NCBI RefSeq assembly: GCF_001316245.1
Contig: NZ_BBDM01000010.1
Location: 57,093-81,092 of the forward strand
Source: Vulcanisaeta sp. JCM 14467
GTDB lineage: Archaea > Thermoproteota > Thermoprotei > Thermoproteales > Thermocladiaceae
Direction: 5' to 3'
Length of the DNA: 24,000 bases
Shown: positions 1 to 8,932 of the stretch, piece by piece
Layout of the letters: every line of letters starts with the position of its first letter
Position numbering within the stretch: the stretch's first letter is position 1
Program-made: the position numbers and the translations under genes
The notes under the pieces: model-generated
What the model was told of the DNA's origin: nothing
The model's input: the letters and a program-made list of their open reading frames with translations, nothing else
Databases searched by the model: none

Positions 1-1
1 C

Positions 2-250
2 ATGAGGGGTAATGACATGGTTGAGTATACCGGGGAATTAAACATTGATGAGAGGCTGGTGAGGTCGGTCATTAATTATAACATGGATTTCATGGTGATG
101 TATAGCAACAATAAGTACATTTATTTGGTGAAACATGATGATTACTCACTCATCCTATTAACAGATGAGTATCTAGACTCGGTCAGCAGTGGCTTGGTAA
201 GGCTATTATTTAGGAGGTTCATCGATGAAGTACTTAAACCGCAGGGTTAA
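2..250 (+). CDS. hypothetical protein (may continue upstream of the window)
   Basis: 82-aa ORF starting 1 nt from the window edge. No motif I recognise. Its 3' end overlaps the 3' end of the convergent PHP gene by 17 nt. Confidence 0.3.
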   Translation: MRGNDMVEYTGELNIDERLVRSVINYNMDFMVMYSNNKYIYLVKHDDYSLILLTDEYLDSVSSGLVRLLFRRFIDEVLKPQG

Positions 251-932
251 TCCTCCTTAACCTACGCCTAACGGACCAGGAAATTCTCTTAATAAGCAGC
301 CCAGGGCTGGGGTAGTGCGCTACGGCTTTAACATTATTGTTAAGTAATGCCTTAAATATGGATTCAGCGGTTAAGTCCTCGACCTCAAAGACCGTGTACG
401 CAACACCAACGAGCTCAGGCACGTGCGCATCACTATTTGCAAGGCCTGGCAAGCCGAGCTCACTTGCTGCCCTGGCAGCTCTCCAATTAAATATTGGTAA
501 TGCACCGGCATTAAACACCTCTATTGCATGCCATTTATACTTCCTCACCCTATCGCCAATACCATGCCTCAGGATATCGTATGGGTGTGCAGGAACTGCA
601 ATGCAATTATTCTCGGAGACCCAATCAAGGATTTCTGGTATTAACCTTGGCACATCGTCACTACCCGGGTACTCCCTACACAGCACCAATACATCGCCAT
701 TAACGGTCCTTACCTCATTACCCACGATAAATATTAAGTTATTCCTACGAAGTTTTTCATCATTCCTTATAAGCTCTAACGCCTTGAGTGAGCCTTTGAA
801 TGTGTCGTGATCCGTTATTGACAATACACTTATACCCCTGTTTAGGGCGCTTATTATTACGTCCCTTGGTTCGCCCTCGCCATCACTGTATATGGTGTGT
901 GTATGCAGGTCAGCCTTCACTCTTATTGGCAT
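234..932 (-). CDS. PHP-domain metal-dependent phosphoesterase
   Basis: 232-aa ORF. N-terminal ADLHTHTIYSDGEG is the classic PHP HxH...SDG motif, with further His/Asp ligand motifs (ITDHD, PAHP, NSDAH). ATG at 932 overlaps the upstream AMMECR1 stop by 23 nt, suggesting an operon. Confidence 0.85.
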   Translation of the reverse strand: MPIRVKADLHTHTIYSDGEGEPRDVIISALNRGISVLSITDHDTFKGSLKALELIRNDEKLRRNNLIFIVGNEVRTVNGDVLVLCREYPGSDDVPRLIPEILDWVSENNCIAVPAHPYDILRHGIGDRVRKYKWHAIEVFNAGALPIFNWRAARAASELGLPGLANSDAHVPELVGVAYTVFEVEDLTAESIFKALLNNNVKAVAHYPSPGLLIKRISWSVRRRLRRINPAV

Positions 933-1581
933 TTTTGCACCCTTTCAATTCCTCCATCAAATCCCTCTCAACAACCTCACCATTTGGCTCAGCCTCCTTA
1001 AATATCTGCGCCTCGTAAATCAACACCGAAGTATCCTCATCCAACCAACAATCAGGTGGTAAGAATGCCTTCATACAACCCTCATTTAGGAATGCCATGG
1101 AGTCCCAACAATACTCAACAGGAACCTGGGGAAGGAGCAACCCTGAGTAATAGCCCTTCTGAATAACAATGCCATGCCTACCAACCACGATCTTATCAGG
1201 GTAACTCCTTGGGTTACCCGGCTCAAGCAACTCAAGCGGGCTTAATATCGATACCTCAAAGGTTACCTTATCCAACTCGTTAATACTCATTGGCTCGAAC
1301 CTCGGATCCTCAACGGCAGCCGCTATGGCGCTCCTAATAACACCACTCACCGTGTTATAAACAGCCTGTGGAAAGCCAATACAACCCCTAAGCTCACCCC
1401 TCCTGTCCTTACCCATGAAAACCTCTATTGTCGTGAACACGCCATACTTATCCTTAAGCAACTTAGGCGGTGTATCCTGCGGTGCCTGAATTATCTTACC
1501 ACTACGTAGGTACTCCTCGACCGCTCTCCTAGCCAACTTGACTAGGAACCTCCCCTCCTCAATACTGTACGGTCTGAACAT
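910..1581 (-). CDS. AMMECR1-domain protein
   Basis: The ORF track gives 910..1590 from a GTG start. The ATG at 1581 gives MFRPYSIEEGRFLVKLARRAVEEYL, a typical AMMECR1 N-terminus. The diagnostic LRGCIGF motif is present. Confidence 0.85.
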   Translation of the reverse strand: MFRPYSIEEGRFLVKLARRAVEEYLRSGKIIQAPQDTPPKLLKDKYGVFTTIEVFMGKDRRGELRGCIGFPQAVYNTVSGVIRSAIAAAVEDPRFEPMSINELDKVTFEVSILSPLELLEPGNPRSYPDKIVVGRHGIVIQKGYYSGLLLPQVPVEYCWDSMAFLNEGCMKAFLPPDCWLDEDTSVLIYEAQIFKEAEPNGEVVERDLMEELKGCKNANKSEG

Positions 1582-1795
1582 TACCACCACTCTTCTCTAC
1601 TCTAGAGCTAAATAAATACACTATGCCCGTGATAATCCCCGAAAGAATAACGAGAGAAAGCATTAAGACGTCCAAAGCCCTATTTGTATCATTACCGATT
1701 AGGAATTGGCCCTTATCCATGAAGACAGCGTAGTAAATAAGTATTATGATGGTCACTATGAATAATACCGTGGCCAGTACTACGGTATACCTCAT
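1559..1795 (-). CDS. small membrane protein, two predicted TM helices
   Basis: 78-aa ORF with two long hydrophobic stretches (VVLATVLFIVTIIILIYYAVF and VLMLSLVILSGIITGIVYLF). A TATA-like TTTTATATTTTT lies about 25-35 nt upstream of the ATG on the minus strand. No homology recognised. Confidence 0.5.
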   Translation of the reverse strand: MRYTVVLATVLFIVTIIILIYYAVFMDKGQFLIGNDTNRALDVLMLSLVILSGIITGIVYLFSSRVEKSGGNVQTVQY

Positions 1796-1836
1796 TAATC
1801 CTAAACCATGATAATTAAAAATATAAAAGTTACCGC

Positions 1837-2406
1837 CTACGAAGAGCCCTCACCCAATAGTGCCCTTATCTTATCATTAACATTCCTAAATACTTTAACA
1901 TTGCTCAGGAATATTAGGTGAGCAATGTACTTATTTAATTGATTAAGCATGCCTATGAGTTCATTAACCTTATTAATTGGTAAGTCATAGTCGAGAAGCT
2001 TAACAGCCGTCCTCTCTGCCTCCCTAGCCTTGACCCTGAGCAGGTTGAGCAACGCGGTTGCCTTATCGGTGGGTATAAACCAGCCCAATTCCTTACTATC
2101 CAGCTCACACGCCTTACTAATTATCTCCTTGACAGGCTTAAGCCAAGTATTATCTCCAGTGGCTAAGTACGTGTTTAGTGCCGCGGTCATTGCAGCAATT
2201 ATACCGAATTCATTATTACCAATCTCCCGAAGACCCCACTCAGCCAGTGCCTCAAGCTCGTCGAGCCTACCCATGAGTTCAATGGCTGGGTGATCCTTCC
2301 TAAGCCTAACATGCTTACCAAATACGATGACCTCGCTGAACCCGCCATCTCCTGGGCACCGTATTGAACCATCAATCCTCAGGCAATCAACAAACACATT
2401 AGTCAT
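1837..2406 (-). CDS. PduO-type ATP:cob(I)alamin adenosyltransferase family protein (divergent)
   Basis: 189 aa. PGDGGFSE...HPAIELMGRLDELEALAEWGL resembles the tGDkGxT...veayGtvDELns pattern. FIPTDKATALLNLLRVKAREAERTAV...LNQLNKYIAHLIF resembles the fvlPgg..a..lhvaRtvcRRaER...lNRLSDyLF pattern. Assigned from remembered family patterns only. Confidence 0.55.
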   Translation of the reverse strand: MTNVFVDCLRIDGSIRCPGDGGFSEVIVFGKHVRLRKDHPAIELMGRLDELEALAEWGLREIGNNEFGIIAAMTAALNTYLATGDNTWLKPVKEIISKACELDSKELGWFIPTDKATALLNLLRVKAREAERTAVKLLDYDLPINKVNELIGMLNQLNKYIAHLIFLSNVKVFRNVNDKIRALLGEGSS

Positions 2407-2506
2407 AACAAAACATGTAATTCATCATCGGGGAGATTAATATAAGTAGTATTTAATTTAATAATGCTATAATGGGCAGGAATTCAGTGGGGAGGGGTGG
2501 GCGAAA

Positions 2507-2743
2507 GTGAGCTTCACATGTAGTATATGCGGGAGGCGCGTATCGTTTTGGGAGGTGGCCTACATAGGGAATTCGCTCGTAATATGTAAGAGGTGTTACC
2601 CTGATTATTACGTGAAGCATTGCCCATTGGTAAGGAGGAGACTCGCGGGTGAGTTACCACAATCATGTAATTACTGCCTATACCGTGGTAAATGCGACGA
2701 GTATGTCAAGTCATCGCTCAGGAGCGGTGAATCAACGCAATAG
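2507..2743 (+). CDS. small cysteine-rich zinc-ribbon-like protein
   Basis: 78-aa ORF with a GTG start. It has CSIC...CKRC pairs plus extra Cys residues (CNYC...C). The purine-rich GGGGAGGGGTGGGCG immediately upstream looks like a Shine-Dalgarno region. Confidence 0.45.
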   Translation: MSFTCSICGRRVSFWEVAYIGNSLVICKRCYPDYYVKHCPLVRRRLAGELPQSCNYCLYRGKCDEYVKSSLRSGESTQ

Positions 2744-2780
2744 ACAAAACTTATAACTATACTGGGTCTATAGGTCATGA

Positions 2781-4583
2781 ATGAGTGGACGGCCCTGGAT
2801 CGTTGAGGAGCTTAACCGCGGTAACTACGGCGTCATGCGTAGTTCAAGGTATGGTGAGCCTAGGGGCTTCCTATGCTGTGAGTGGTGGTGTGAGGGTTAC
2901 TGGGCATCATCCGGTTATTACGATCTATGCAATGAAAAACCAACAATACCGGGCAGGCCTAATAGTGTTCCCTCAATATTAAAGGGGCTTGCAAGTCCAT
3001 CATCATTCCCAAGAAATAGGCTATTAATATCACTGTGGCCATTAATACGCAATACCGTGCGGAACTCCCTGAATAGGTCCTCAATAAATGAATTACCAAG
3101 CATCCCTGAGAAGGCATCAAGAATTAATGTTAATGCCGATGTATTGATCGTTGGTGGCGGCCCAGCAGGTCTCTCGGTGGCTAAGGAGCTTAATAAGCTT
3201 GGTTTGAAGGTCGTGCTAATTGAGGGTGAGCATTACCTTGGCGGGCACTTGATAGTTGATGATGCTGAGGTTAAAGACCTAGGAAGGGGTAGTGATTTCA
3301 TTGGTAAGTTAAGTAAGGAGGTTAGCGACTCAGTCACTGTACTCACGGACACGGTTTTTGACGGCTTTCTTGAGGACGCAGTTATTGGGCATTCCAGGGA
3401 CTTCTCAAAGCTATACGTATTCAATTACAGGTACTTAGTACTTGCCCAGGGCTTTCGTGAAGTCCCGCTTGTCTTCCCAGGTAATGGTACTCCACGCATG
3501 ATGACCGGGTTGACAATACTTAAGCTCATTAAGTGGTGGGGCTTTAAGCCAAGGAGGGTTTTGGTGTGGGGTAGCGATGATTGGGGTGTTAGGGTTGCCA
3601 TGAACCTAGCCCAATTAGGCATTGAGACTTACCTCGGCGATAACTCAGTCATAGTGAGGAGTGATTTGTATAGGAGTAAGGTTGAGTCCCTGGGCATTAA
3701 GACTTTCATTGGCATGAACATAGTCGATGCTAAGGACTCAGGCGATGGTTTAAGGTTGATTCTTAAGAATGTGAGGGGTCGTAAGGCTAAGGTACGGAGG
3801 AGAGAGGAGATCGCCGTCGATGTATTGGTGAGTGCCGTTAGGGTCCCCGTCATTGATTTACCTGCCCAACTAGGCGCACCCATTGTTTATGCACCGGAGA
3901 TAGGGGGTCTCGTGCCTAGGAGGGGTTTCACCGGCGATCTCGGGCTTGGCAATGTCTACGTAGTTGGCGATGCTGGAGGATTATTACCAGAGTCCTTAAT
4001 TATTAAGCAGGCTAGGATAACGGCATTGAGTATAGGCTCTAGGGAGGGCCTTGTGCCGAGTGACGTCCTTGATAAGGAATTGGCGGAGTTTAAGAGGGAT
4101 TTAGTGACTACGAATTCCTCCTATTACAACGTAATCCTTAGGTTTGAGCAGGGTCTTCAGGGCGCTGGTTATTACGCCGAGCCTAACGTGGCTCACGCAC
4201 CCATGTGGGCGGCGGCTGGGTCTGTGGAAGATGTGGAGAATGCATTGAAGAGCGCCAATAGACAGTACCTATGCTTCTGTGAGGATGTCACCCTGGACGA
4301 TGTTTTAAAGGCCGTTAGGGTATTGATGCATGGTAGGGAGATTAAGGTCAGGGTTCTACATGGTGAGGAAGAGGAGTATAAATCGTTGAGGTTGCCGAGT
4401 ATGGAGAGGATCAAGAGGGTTGTTGGTTTAGGCACGGGGCCCTGCCAGGGCAAGTTCTGCCTGGTCAGTACGAACCTAATACTTAGCTTTATCTATCAAA
4501 AGAAGCCTAACGAGATTGGTTTACCGAGGATTAGGTTCCCCGAGGCACCAATACCAATGGCTACACTTGCGGGTGGTGAATGA
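2781..4583 (+). CDS. FAD/NAD(P)-dependent oxidoreductase, HcnA-HcnB / SoxA / proline dehydrogenase alpha-like, with a BFD-type [2Fe-2S] domain
   Basis: 600 aa. The N-terminal segment GEPRGFLCCEWWCEG...C resembles the HcnA/SoxA-N 2Fe-2S module. Rossmann motif VLIVGGGPAGLSVA is present. BFD-like motifs CFCEDVTLDDV and GTGPCQGKFC are present. The stop overlaps the next start (ATGA at 4580-4583). Confidence 0.8.
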   Translation: MSGRPWIVEELNRGNYGVMRSSRYGEPRGFLCCEWWCEGYWASSGYYDLCNEKPTIPGRPNSVPSILKGLASPSSFPRNRLLISLWPLIRNTVRNSLNRSSINELPSIPEKASRINVNADVLIVGGGPAGLSVAKELNKLGLKVVLIEGEHYLGGHLIVDDAEVKDLGRGSDFIGKLSKEVSDSVTVLTDTVFDGFLEDAVIGHSRDFSKLYVFNYRYLVLAQGFREVPLVFPGNGTPRMMTGLTILKLIKWWGFKPRRVLVWGSDDWGVRVAMNLAQLGIETYLGDNSVIVRSDLYRSKVESLGIKTFIGMNIVDAKDSGDGLRLILKNVRGRKAKVRRREEIAVDVLVSAVRVPVIDLPAQLGAPIVYAPEIGGLVPRRGFTGDLGLGNVYVVGDAGGLLPESLIIKQARITALSIGSREGLVPSDVLDKELAEFKRDLVTTNSSYYNVILRFEQGLQGAGYYAEPNVAHAPMWAAAGSVEDVENALKSANRQYLCFCEDVTLDDVLKAVRVLMHGREIKVRVLHGEEEEYKSLRLPSMERIKRVVGLGTGPCQGKFCLVSTNLILSFIYQKKPNEIGLPRIRFPEAPIPMATLAGGE

Positions 4584-5752
4584 TGAGTGAGGGTCGTGGT
4601 CTAATCTCGTTAACTGCAGATGCCGTGGTGGTTGGCGCTGGTATTGTTGGCTTGGCCGTTGCCTATTACCTGGCGCGTAGGGGCTTCTCCGTCGTCGTTC
4701 TTGAGAAGAATTACGTTGGTTCGGGAAGTTCCACGAGGAATGCGGGTAGGTATAGGGTTCACTTTGGGAATAGGGAGAATACGGAGTTCGCGATTAGGGC
4801 TATTAGAAAGCTTGAGTCGCTAAGTGGTGAGCTTGGTTGGAATGGAATCTTCGAGAGGCAGGGCTATCTTTGGCTTGTTAGACGTAAAGAGGTCCTTGAA
4901 AATTATGAGAAATTGAATGAGCAACTGTGGAAGCCCATGGGCGTGCCAGTTCAGATACTCACGGTTGAGGAATTAAGGGATAGATTTCCATACATTAATA
5001 CCCAGGGCATAGTTGGTGCCGTCTATGGTCCGCAGGATGGCGCCTTCCACCATGACTACCTAGTGATGGGTTATTACGAGAGGGCGCTTGACCTGGGGGT
5101 TAGGGTTTACGAGTACTCTGAGGTTAAAGGCGTTGGTGTAGAGGATGGTAAGGTTGCCAATGTGTCAAGCAGCAATGTTTTTGTGAAGACTAAGAATGTC
5201 GTATTCGCAGCAGGTGCATGGACCAGTGAGGTCATGAAGAACACCCTCAATATAGATATCCCAATAAAGCCCGTTAGGAGGGAGATTGGGATTACCGAGC
5301 CTGTTAAGCCCATAATCAACACGTACATAATAGATACCGAGACAAACCTATACCTAGGCCAGACAATGAGGGGCGAAATCCTAGGCAGTATAGAGCTTGA
5401 AGGTGAAGAGGGTTTCCTACCTTATGGAAACACGTTGACTTGGCTAACAGCCTGGGCCAGGGAAGCCGTGAAGTTGGTGCCGAGCTTAAGGAAGATAAGG
5501 ATAATGAGGATATGGTCAGGCTATTACGAGATGACGCCAGACCATAGCCACGTAATGGGTAGACTAAGCACGTGGCCCGAGGGTGTCTACGTACTGTCCG
5601 GCTTCTCAGGTCATGGCTTCATGTTCGGTCCCTACGCCGCCGAGTTATTGGCTAATTACATGGCCAATGGCGTTATTGACCCAATAATGAAGCCATTCTT
5701 ACCTGATAGGTTTATTACGGGTAACCTGATTAAGGAATTGTTAGTCATTTAA
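4580..5752 (+). CDS. FAD-dependent oxidoreductase, DAO family (sarcosine oxidase beta / HcnC / L-proline dehydrogenase beta-like)
   Basis: 390 aa. N-terminal dinucleotide fold VVVGAGIVGLAVAYYLARRGFSVVVLEK. C-terminal SGFSGHGFMFGP is typical of the DAO family. Translationally coupled to the upstream subunit. Confidence 0.85.
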   Translation: MMSEGRGLISLTADAVVVGAGIVGLAVAYYLARRGFSVVVLEKNYVGSGSSTRNAGRYRVHFGNRENTEFAIRAIRKLESLSGELGWNGIFERQGYLWLVRRKEVLENYEKLNEQLWKPMGVPVQILTVEELRDRFPYINTQGIVGAVYGPQDGAFHHDYLVMGYYERALDLGVRVYEYSEVKGVGVEDGKVANVSSSNVFVKTKNVVFAAGAWTSEVMKNTLNIDIPIKPVRREIGITEPVKPIINTYIIDTETNLYLGQTMRGEILGSIELEGEEGFLPYGNTLTWLTAWAREAVKLVPSLRKIRIMRIWSGYYEMTPDHSHVMGRLSTWPEGVYVLSGFSGHGFMFGPYAAELLANYMANGVIDPIMKPFLPDRFITGNLIKELLVI

Positions 5753-5851
5753 AACGTAGACGGTGCACCTCGTATTTATTCATGTGTGATTTATGGAGTA
5801 TCATTTAATTAATGTGTTTGGGTAATTATTAATCGTAACCAATTATTACTC

Positions 5852-6283
5852 ATGACGATGGAGCAAAGCACAACAGACATTGCAATGAGTGTGAATAAGG
5901 TGGAGGCTGGGGTGAATGAGTTAATTAGTAAGTTAGCCACGGTAATTGATCCGAGATTAGTGACTAGGGAGCCGCCCGTGGACATCTTTGATAATGGGGA
6001 CTCAATAATAATACTTGCTGATTTACCTGGCGTTAGGAAGGAGAGCATTAAGGTTAGGGTTGGCAATAATTATGTCGAGATAATGGCTGAACCACAGCCA
6101 TTGCCGGCGGTCGGTAAGGCGGCGAGGGTGGAGAGGTTGAGTAATTTCAGGATTTATAGGAAGGTTGAGCTTGGGGTTAGGTTTAAGGTTGATGGTGCAA
6201 AGGCCGTGTATAGGGATGGCGTGTTGCAGATAATTATACCTAAATTAGGTAGTATAGCTGAGACGGAGGTTTTAATAGAATAG
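5852..6283 (+). CDS. hsp20: small heat-shock protein, Hsp20/alpha-crystallin family
   Basis: 143 aa. Alpha-crystallin core DIFDNGDSIIILADLPGVRKESIKVRV ... AVYRDGVLQIIIPK. Confidence 0.9.
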   Translation: MTMEQSTTDIAMSVNKVEAGVNELISKLATVIDPRLVTREPPVDIFDNGDSIIILADLPGVRKESIKVRVGNNYVEIMAEPQPLPAVGKAARVERLSNFRIYRKVELGVRFKVDGAKAVYRDGVLQIIIPKLGSIAETEVLIE

Positions 6284-6382
6284 GTATGGGCAATAAATGG
6301 GTATTTCATCTCTAAAAACCACGCTATTAATAATTACTGATTTATTAAGATAAGGTATTTATAGGGGTCTAATTATTAGGTC

Positions 6383-7441
6383 GTGATGTCTATAGTGAAA
6401 TTTGAGCCGGAGACCAGGAGGGTTCAGTTAACGGGTGGAGCCACCTTAATAGTTTCACTACCTAAGGAGTGGACTAGGCAGGTAGATCTTAAACCAGGTG
6501 ATGAAGTCCTGGTAATACCGCAACCAGACCTTTCACTGCTTGTTGTGCCTAAGAAGATGGTTAAGGCGCCACTACTCGAGTCTTCGATAAATGTGACCCA
6601 GGACCTATCAAACATAGACCACCTTGAGAGGATATTACTTGCCCATTACCTATCTGGCTATGATATCTTCAGGCTCAATTTCGACATATCGACATTGAAC
6701 CTTAAGAAGCAGGTCAAGGATATTGTACGGAGGAAGCTAACGGGCGTGGAGATCATTGAGGAAGGTAGGAACTCACTTGTTATTCAAAACCTCGTTAATG
6801 TGCCCGACATAAACATTAGGGACATAATAATTAAGCTCGGTAAGACTGTCGTAGGAATGATTGATGATTTGAGAACCCCAATAGAGAGTGGTGATAGGGC
6901 GGTAGCGTCAGACATAATTGAGAGGGATAATGAGGTTGACAAGTTCTACTGGCTCCTTAATAGGCAGTTGAAGAGGGTTCTCGTGAGTAAGCATGCCCTG
7001 AGCCTATCAGGTATTCAGGACCCGAGGAGCATTATTGAGTATGCAATAATTAATAAGTCGCTGGAGAGGGCTGCGGATCACGCCGTCAAGATAGCCCGGG
7101 AAATAGTGAACCTGGGCGATAAGTACGTTCTCCTAATACCACAGGAGCTTAGGCAGAAATTCAGTGAGCTCCTTAGTAAGGACTCCATGATAATGAGTAA
7201 TATCGGTAAGGCAATGACCGAGAAAATAGATATGAGGGAGGTTAACTATATAATCGATATTGTTAAGTATGAATTACGGTCAGCTATCGACTCTCTAGAC
7301 TCGTCACTGTCAAGCTATGACTTAACCGCACAGGCGGCGGCATCAGCTAGGTTAATACTTGATAGTATTTATAGGATAGCCGAATACGCATCAGACGTTG
7401 GAGAGGCGCTACTTAACCTCGCAATTGAACAGTTTGCATAA
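6383..7441 (+). CDS. AbrB/SpoVT-domain plus PhoU-repeat regulator (archaeal phosphate uptake regulator-like)
   Basis: 352 aa; the ATG at 6386 is the likely start. The N-terminal LTGGATLIVSLPKEWTRQVDLKPGDEV is an AbrB-type swapped-hairpin motif. It is followed by two PhoU-like helical repeats (ERDNEVDKFYWLLNRQL; ERAADHAVKIA). Confidence 0.75.
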   Translation: MMSIVKFEPETRRVQLTGGATLIVSLPKEWTRQVDLKPGDEVLVIPQPDLSLLVVPKKMVKAPLLESSINVTQDLSNIDHLERILLAHYLSGYDIFRLNFDISTLNLKKQVKDIVRRKLTGVEIIEEGRNSLVIQNLVNVPDINIRDIIIKLGKTVVGMIDDLRTPIESGDRAVASDIIERDNEVDKFYWLLNRQLKRVLVSKHALSLSGIQDPRSIIEYAIINKSLERAADHAVKIAREIVNLGDKYVLLIPQELRQKFSELLSKDSMIMSNIGKAMTEKIDMREVNYIIDIVKYELRSAIDSLDSSLSSYDLTAQAAASARLILDSIYRIAEYASDVGEALLNLAIEQFA

Positions 7442-7460
7442 AATCAAGAAATTACTTAAG

Positions 7461-8057
7461 TTAATTCTTTTCAAAAACCATTGTTATTATATCCTCAAAG
7501 AAGTAATGAACGGCCTTAACAACCGTTAGTTTAAAACCGCATAATCCCATGTGGTAAGCCACGTCATCCCAATCAGATAATGATGATTGGGTGAGGACAA
7601 CCGTGGAGGCACCGCTCCGGCATGCCCACTGTATTATTTGCTTAGCCAACTCATTGCCGCGAGGTCCACCAAATATTCTCCAATCCTCATGCCAATTACC
7701 AGGTAGGTAGGGAGGATTACTAACCACGATATCGACGTAGAACCTATCCCTAACCGCGTCCAGGATGTTCATAGTTACTACATCAGCATACTGATAAAGA
7801 CCATTATCGATTAGGTTAATCTTCGTATTCGCTGATGCATTGGCATCATGGTCTACGGATAAAACCCAAGCAGCATTGTCTCTACTTACCGTCTCCTCTA
7901 ACGCCGTTAGTGTTAATACGCCAGTCCCGGAGCCTACATCGATTATGCGCAGTGTCGTATTACCGACACGGTTACTTACGACCCAGCGAAGTAATTCAGT
8001 GGTTTGCCAGGAGTCCTCTGCAGGTGGATAAACATTATTTAATACTTTAATCCTCAT
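7461..8057 (-). CDS. SAM-dependent methyltransferase with NPPY motif (HemK/PrmC/Mtq2-like protein-glutamine or N6-adenine MTase)
   Basis: 198 aa. SAM motif I IIDVGSGTGVLTL and catalytic motif IV VVSNPPYLP. It lies 3 nt downstream of the preceding gene on the minus strand. Confidence 0.75.
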   Translation of the reverse strand: MRIKVLNNVYPPAEDSWQTTELLRWVVSNRVGNTTLRIIDVGSGTGVLTLTALEETVSRDNAAWVLSVDHDANASANTKINLIDNGLYQYADVVTMNILDAVRDRFYVDIVVSNPPYLPGNWHEDWRIFGGPRGNELAKQIIQWACRSGASTVVLTQSSLSDWDDVAYHMGLCGFKLTVVKAVHYFFEDIITMVFEKN

Positions 8058-8060
8058 GAT

Positions 8061-8879
8061 TCACTTAAACAGTATAATGTATATTATTACTGAGGGTATC
8101 AATAGAAGCAGTGTCTCAAATAGTAGTGAGTATTCCATGGGCTTACCCGAACTCATTGATAATACCGTGGCGAGGATCACAAGGCTTACGAGTGGTAATA
8201 ATGCCTTGAGTAGGGCATCAACTATCGAGAGTGGGTATGGCGGTAACCACGGGGTTAATAATGCCATTATCGTTGGGTATAGCGATAACGGTATTAGTGA
8301 CGTCAAAATACCACTTAATAGTCTCGCATCAACGATCTCACTGCCTAGCAGGTACCTGTAAATAAGCAATGCAACACCCATGTAGGCCAGTAATGAGATT
8401 ATAGTTATTCCAACGGGCATTACATTCACGCCCTCCACAAATACTAGCAGTAGTAATTCGTAATTCTGGAAAAAAGCCGTGATTAAACCAAGTACTATAA
8501 TCACCATTGAATAAATGAGGAGCGTATTTGGCCCAAGCCTATACATGTTTATTGTTAATGGTCTCATTAATAATATGTTAGTTAATTCCTCAGTCCTCTT
8601 ACCCAAATCTTCGGTCCTCTCGCCAGAACCCATTAATCCATCAATCCTCTCAATAATCATCCTTCCCTTACTCGTTATCTTAACGTACGGTCCATCCCTA
8701 ATGATCAGGCCATTAGCCCTCAGAATCTCCACGTCGTAGTAAATGGATGACACTGGCGCATTAAGCGCCTTCCTGAGGTCTGATATCCTCATTGTGCCCT
8801 GACTAAGCAACAACCTTAGTATTTGCAATCTCCTTGGCTTAAGGACTATGCTGCTTATATCGTCGAAGTCCCTACTCAT
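8061..8879 (-). CDS. membrane-anchored winged-helix (ArsR-like) protein
   Basis: 272 aa. The N-terminal RRLQILRLLLSQGTMRISDLRKALNAPVSSIYYDVEILRANGLI is a wHTH. The C-terminal approx. 170 aa contain about 5 hydrophobic TM segments. Confidence 0.65.
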   Translation of the reverse strand: MSRDFDDISSIVLKPRRLQILRLLLSQGTMRISDLRKALNAPVSSIYYDVEILRANGLIIRDGPYVKITSKGRMIIERIDGLMGSGERTEDLGKRTEELTNILLMRPLTINMYRLGPNTLLIYSMVIIVLGLITAFFQNYELLLLVFVEGVNVMPVGITIISLLAYMGVALLIYRYLLGSEIVDARLLSGILTSLIPLSLYPTIMALLTPWLPPYPLSIVDALLKALLPLVSLVILATVLSMSSGKPMEYSLLFETLLLLIPSVIIYIILFK

Positions 8880-8932
8880 TACAGCAATACTTATAGAGTA
8901 AGTATAAAAGAGTTCTTTCTCGGGAGTATTCT

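Noticed and set aside
337-810. 157-aa ORF on the plus strand, entirely inside the PHP gene
   Set aside because: It is antisense to a well-supported gene. The Ser/Thr/Leu/Pro-rich composition is typical of an antisense shadow, and there is no promoter or start context. The same reasoning applies to the shadow ORFs at 2030-2293, 3233-3883, 5809-6066, 7835-8050, 8056-8361, 8515-8739, 11020-11346, 12517-12819, 13250-13507, 18353-18676, 18844-19266 and 22687-22887.
2341-2430. C/D-box-like string on the minus strand (ATGATGA ... CTGA)
   Set aside because: The D' position is GTTA. The putative C' is the start-codon region of the adenosyltransferase gene. The C'-to-D spacing is 16 nt rather than 12.
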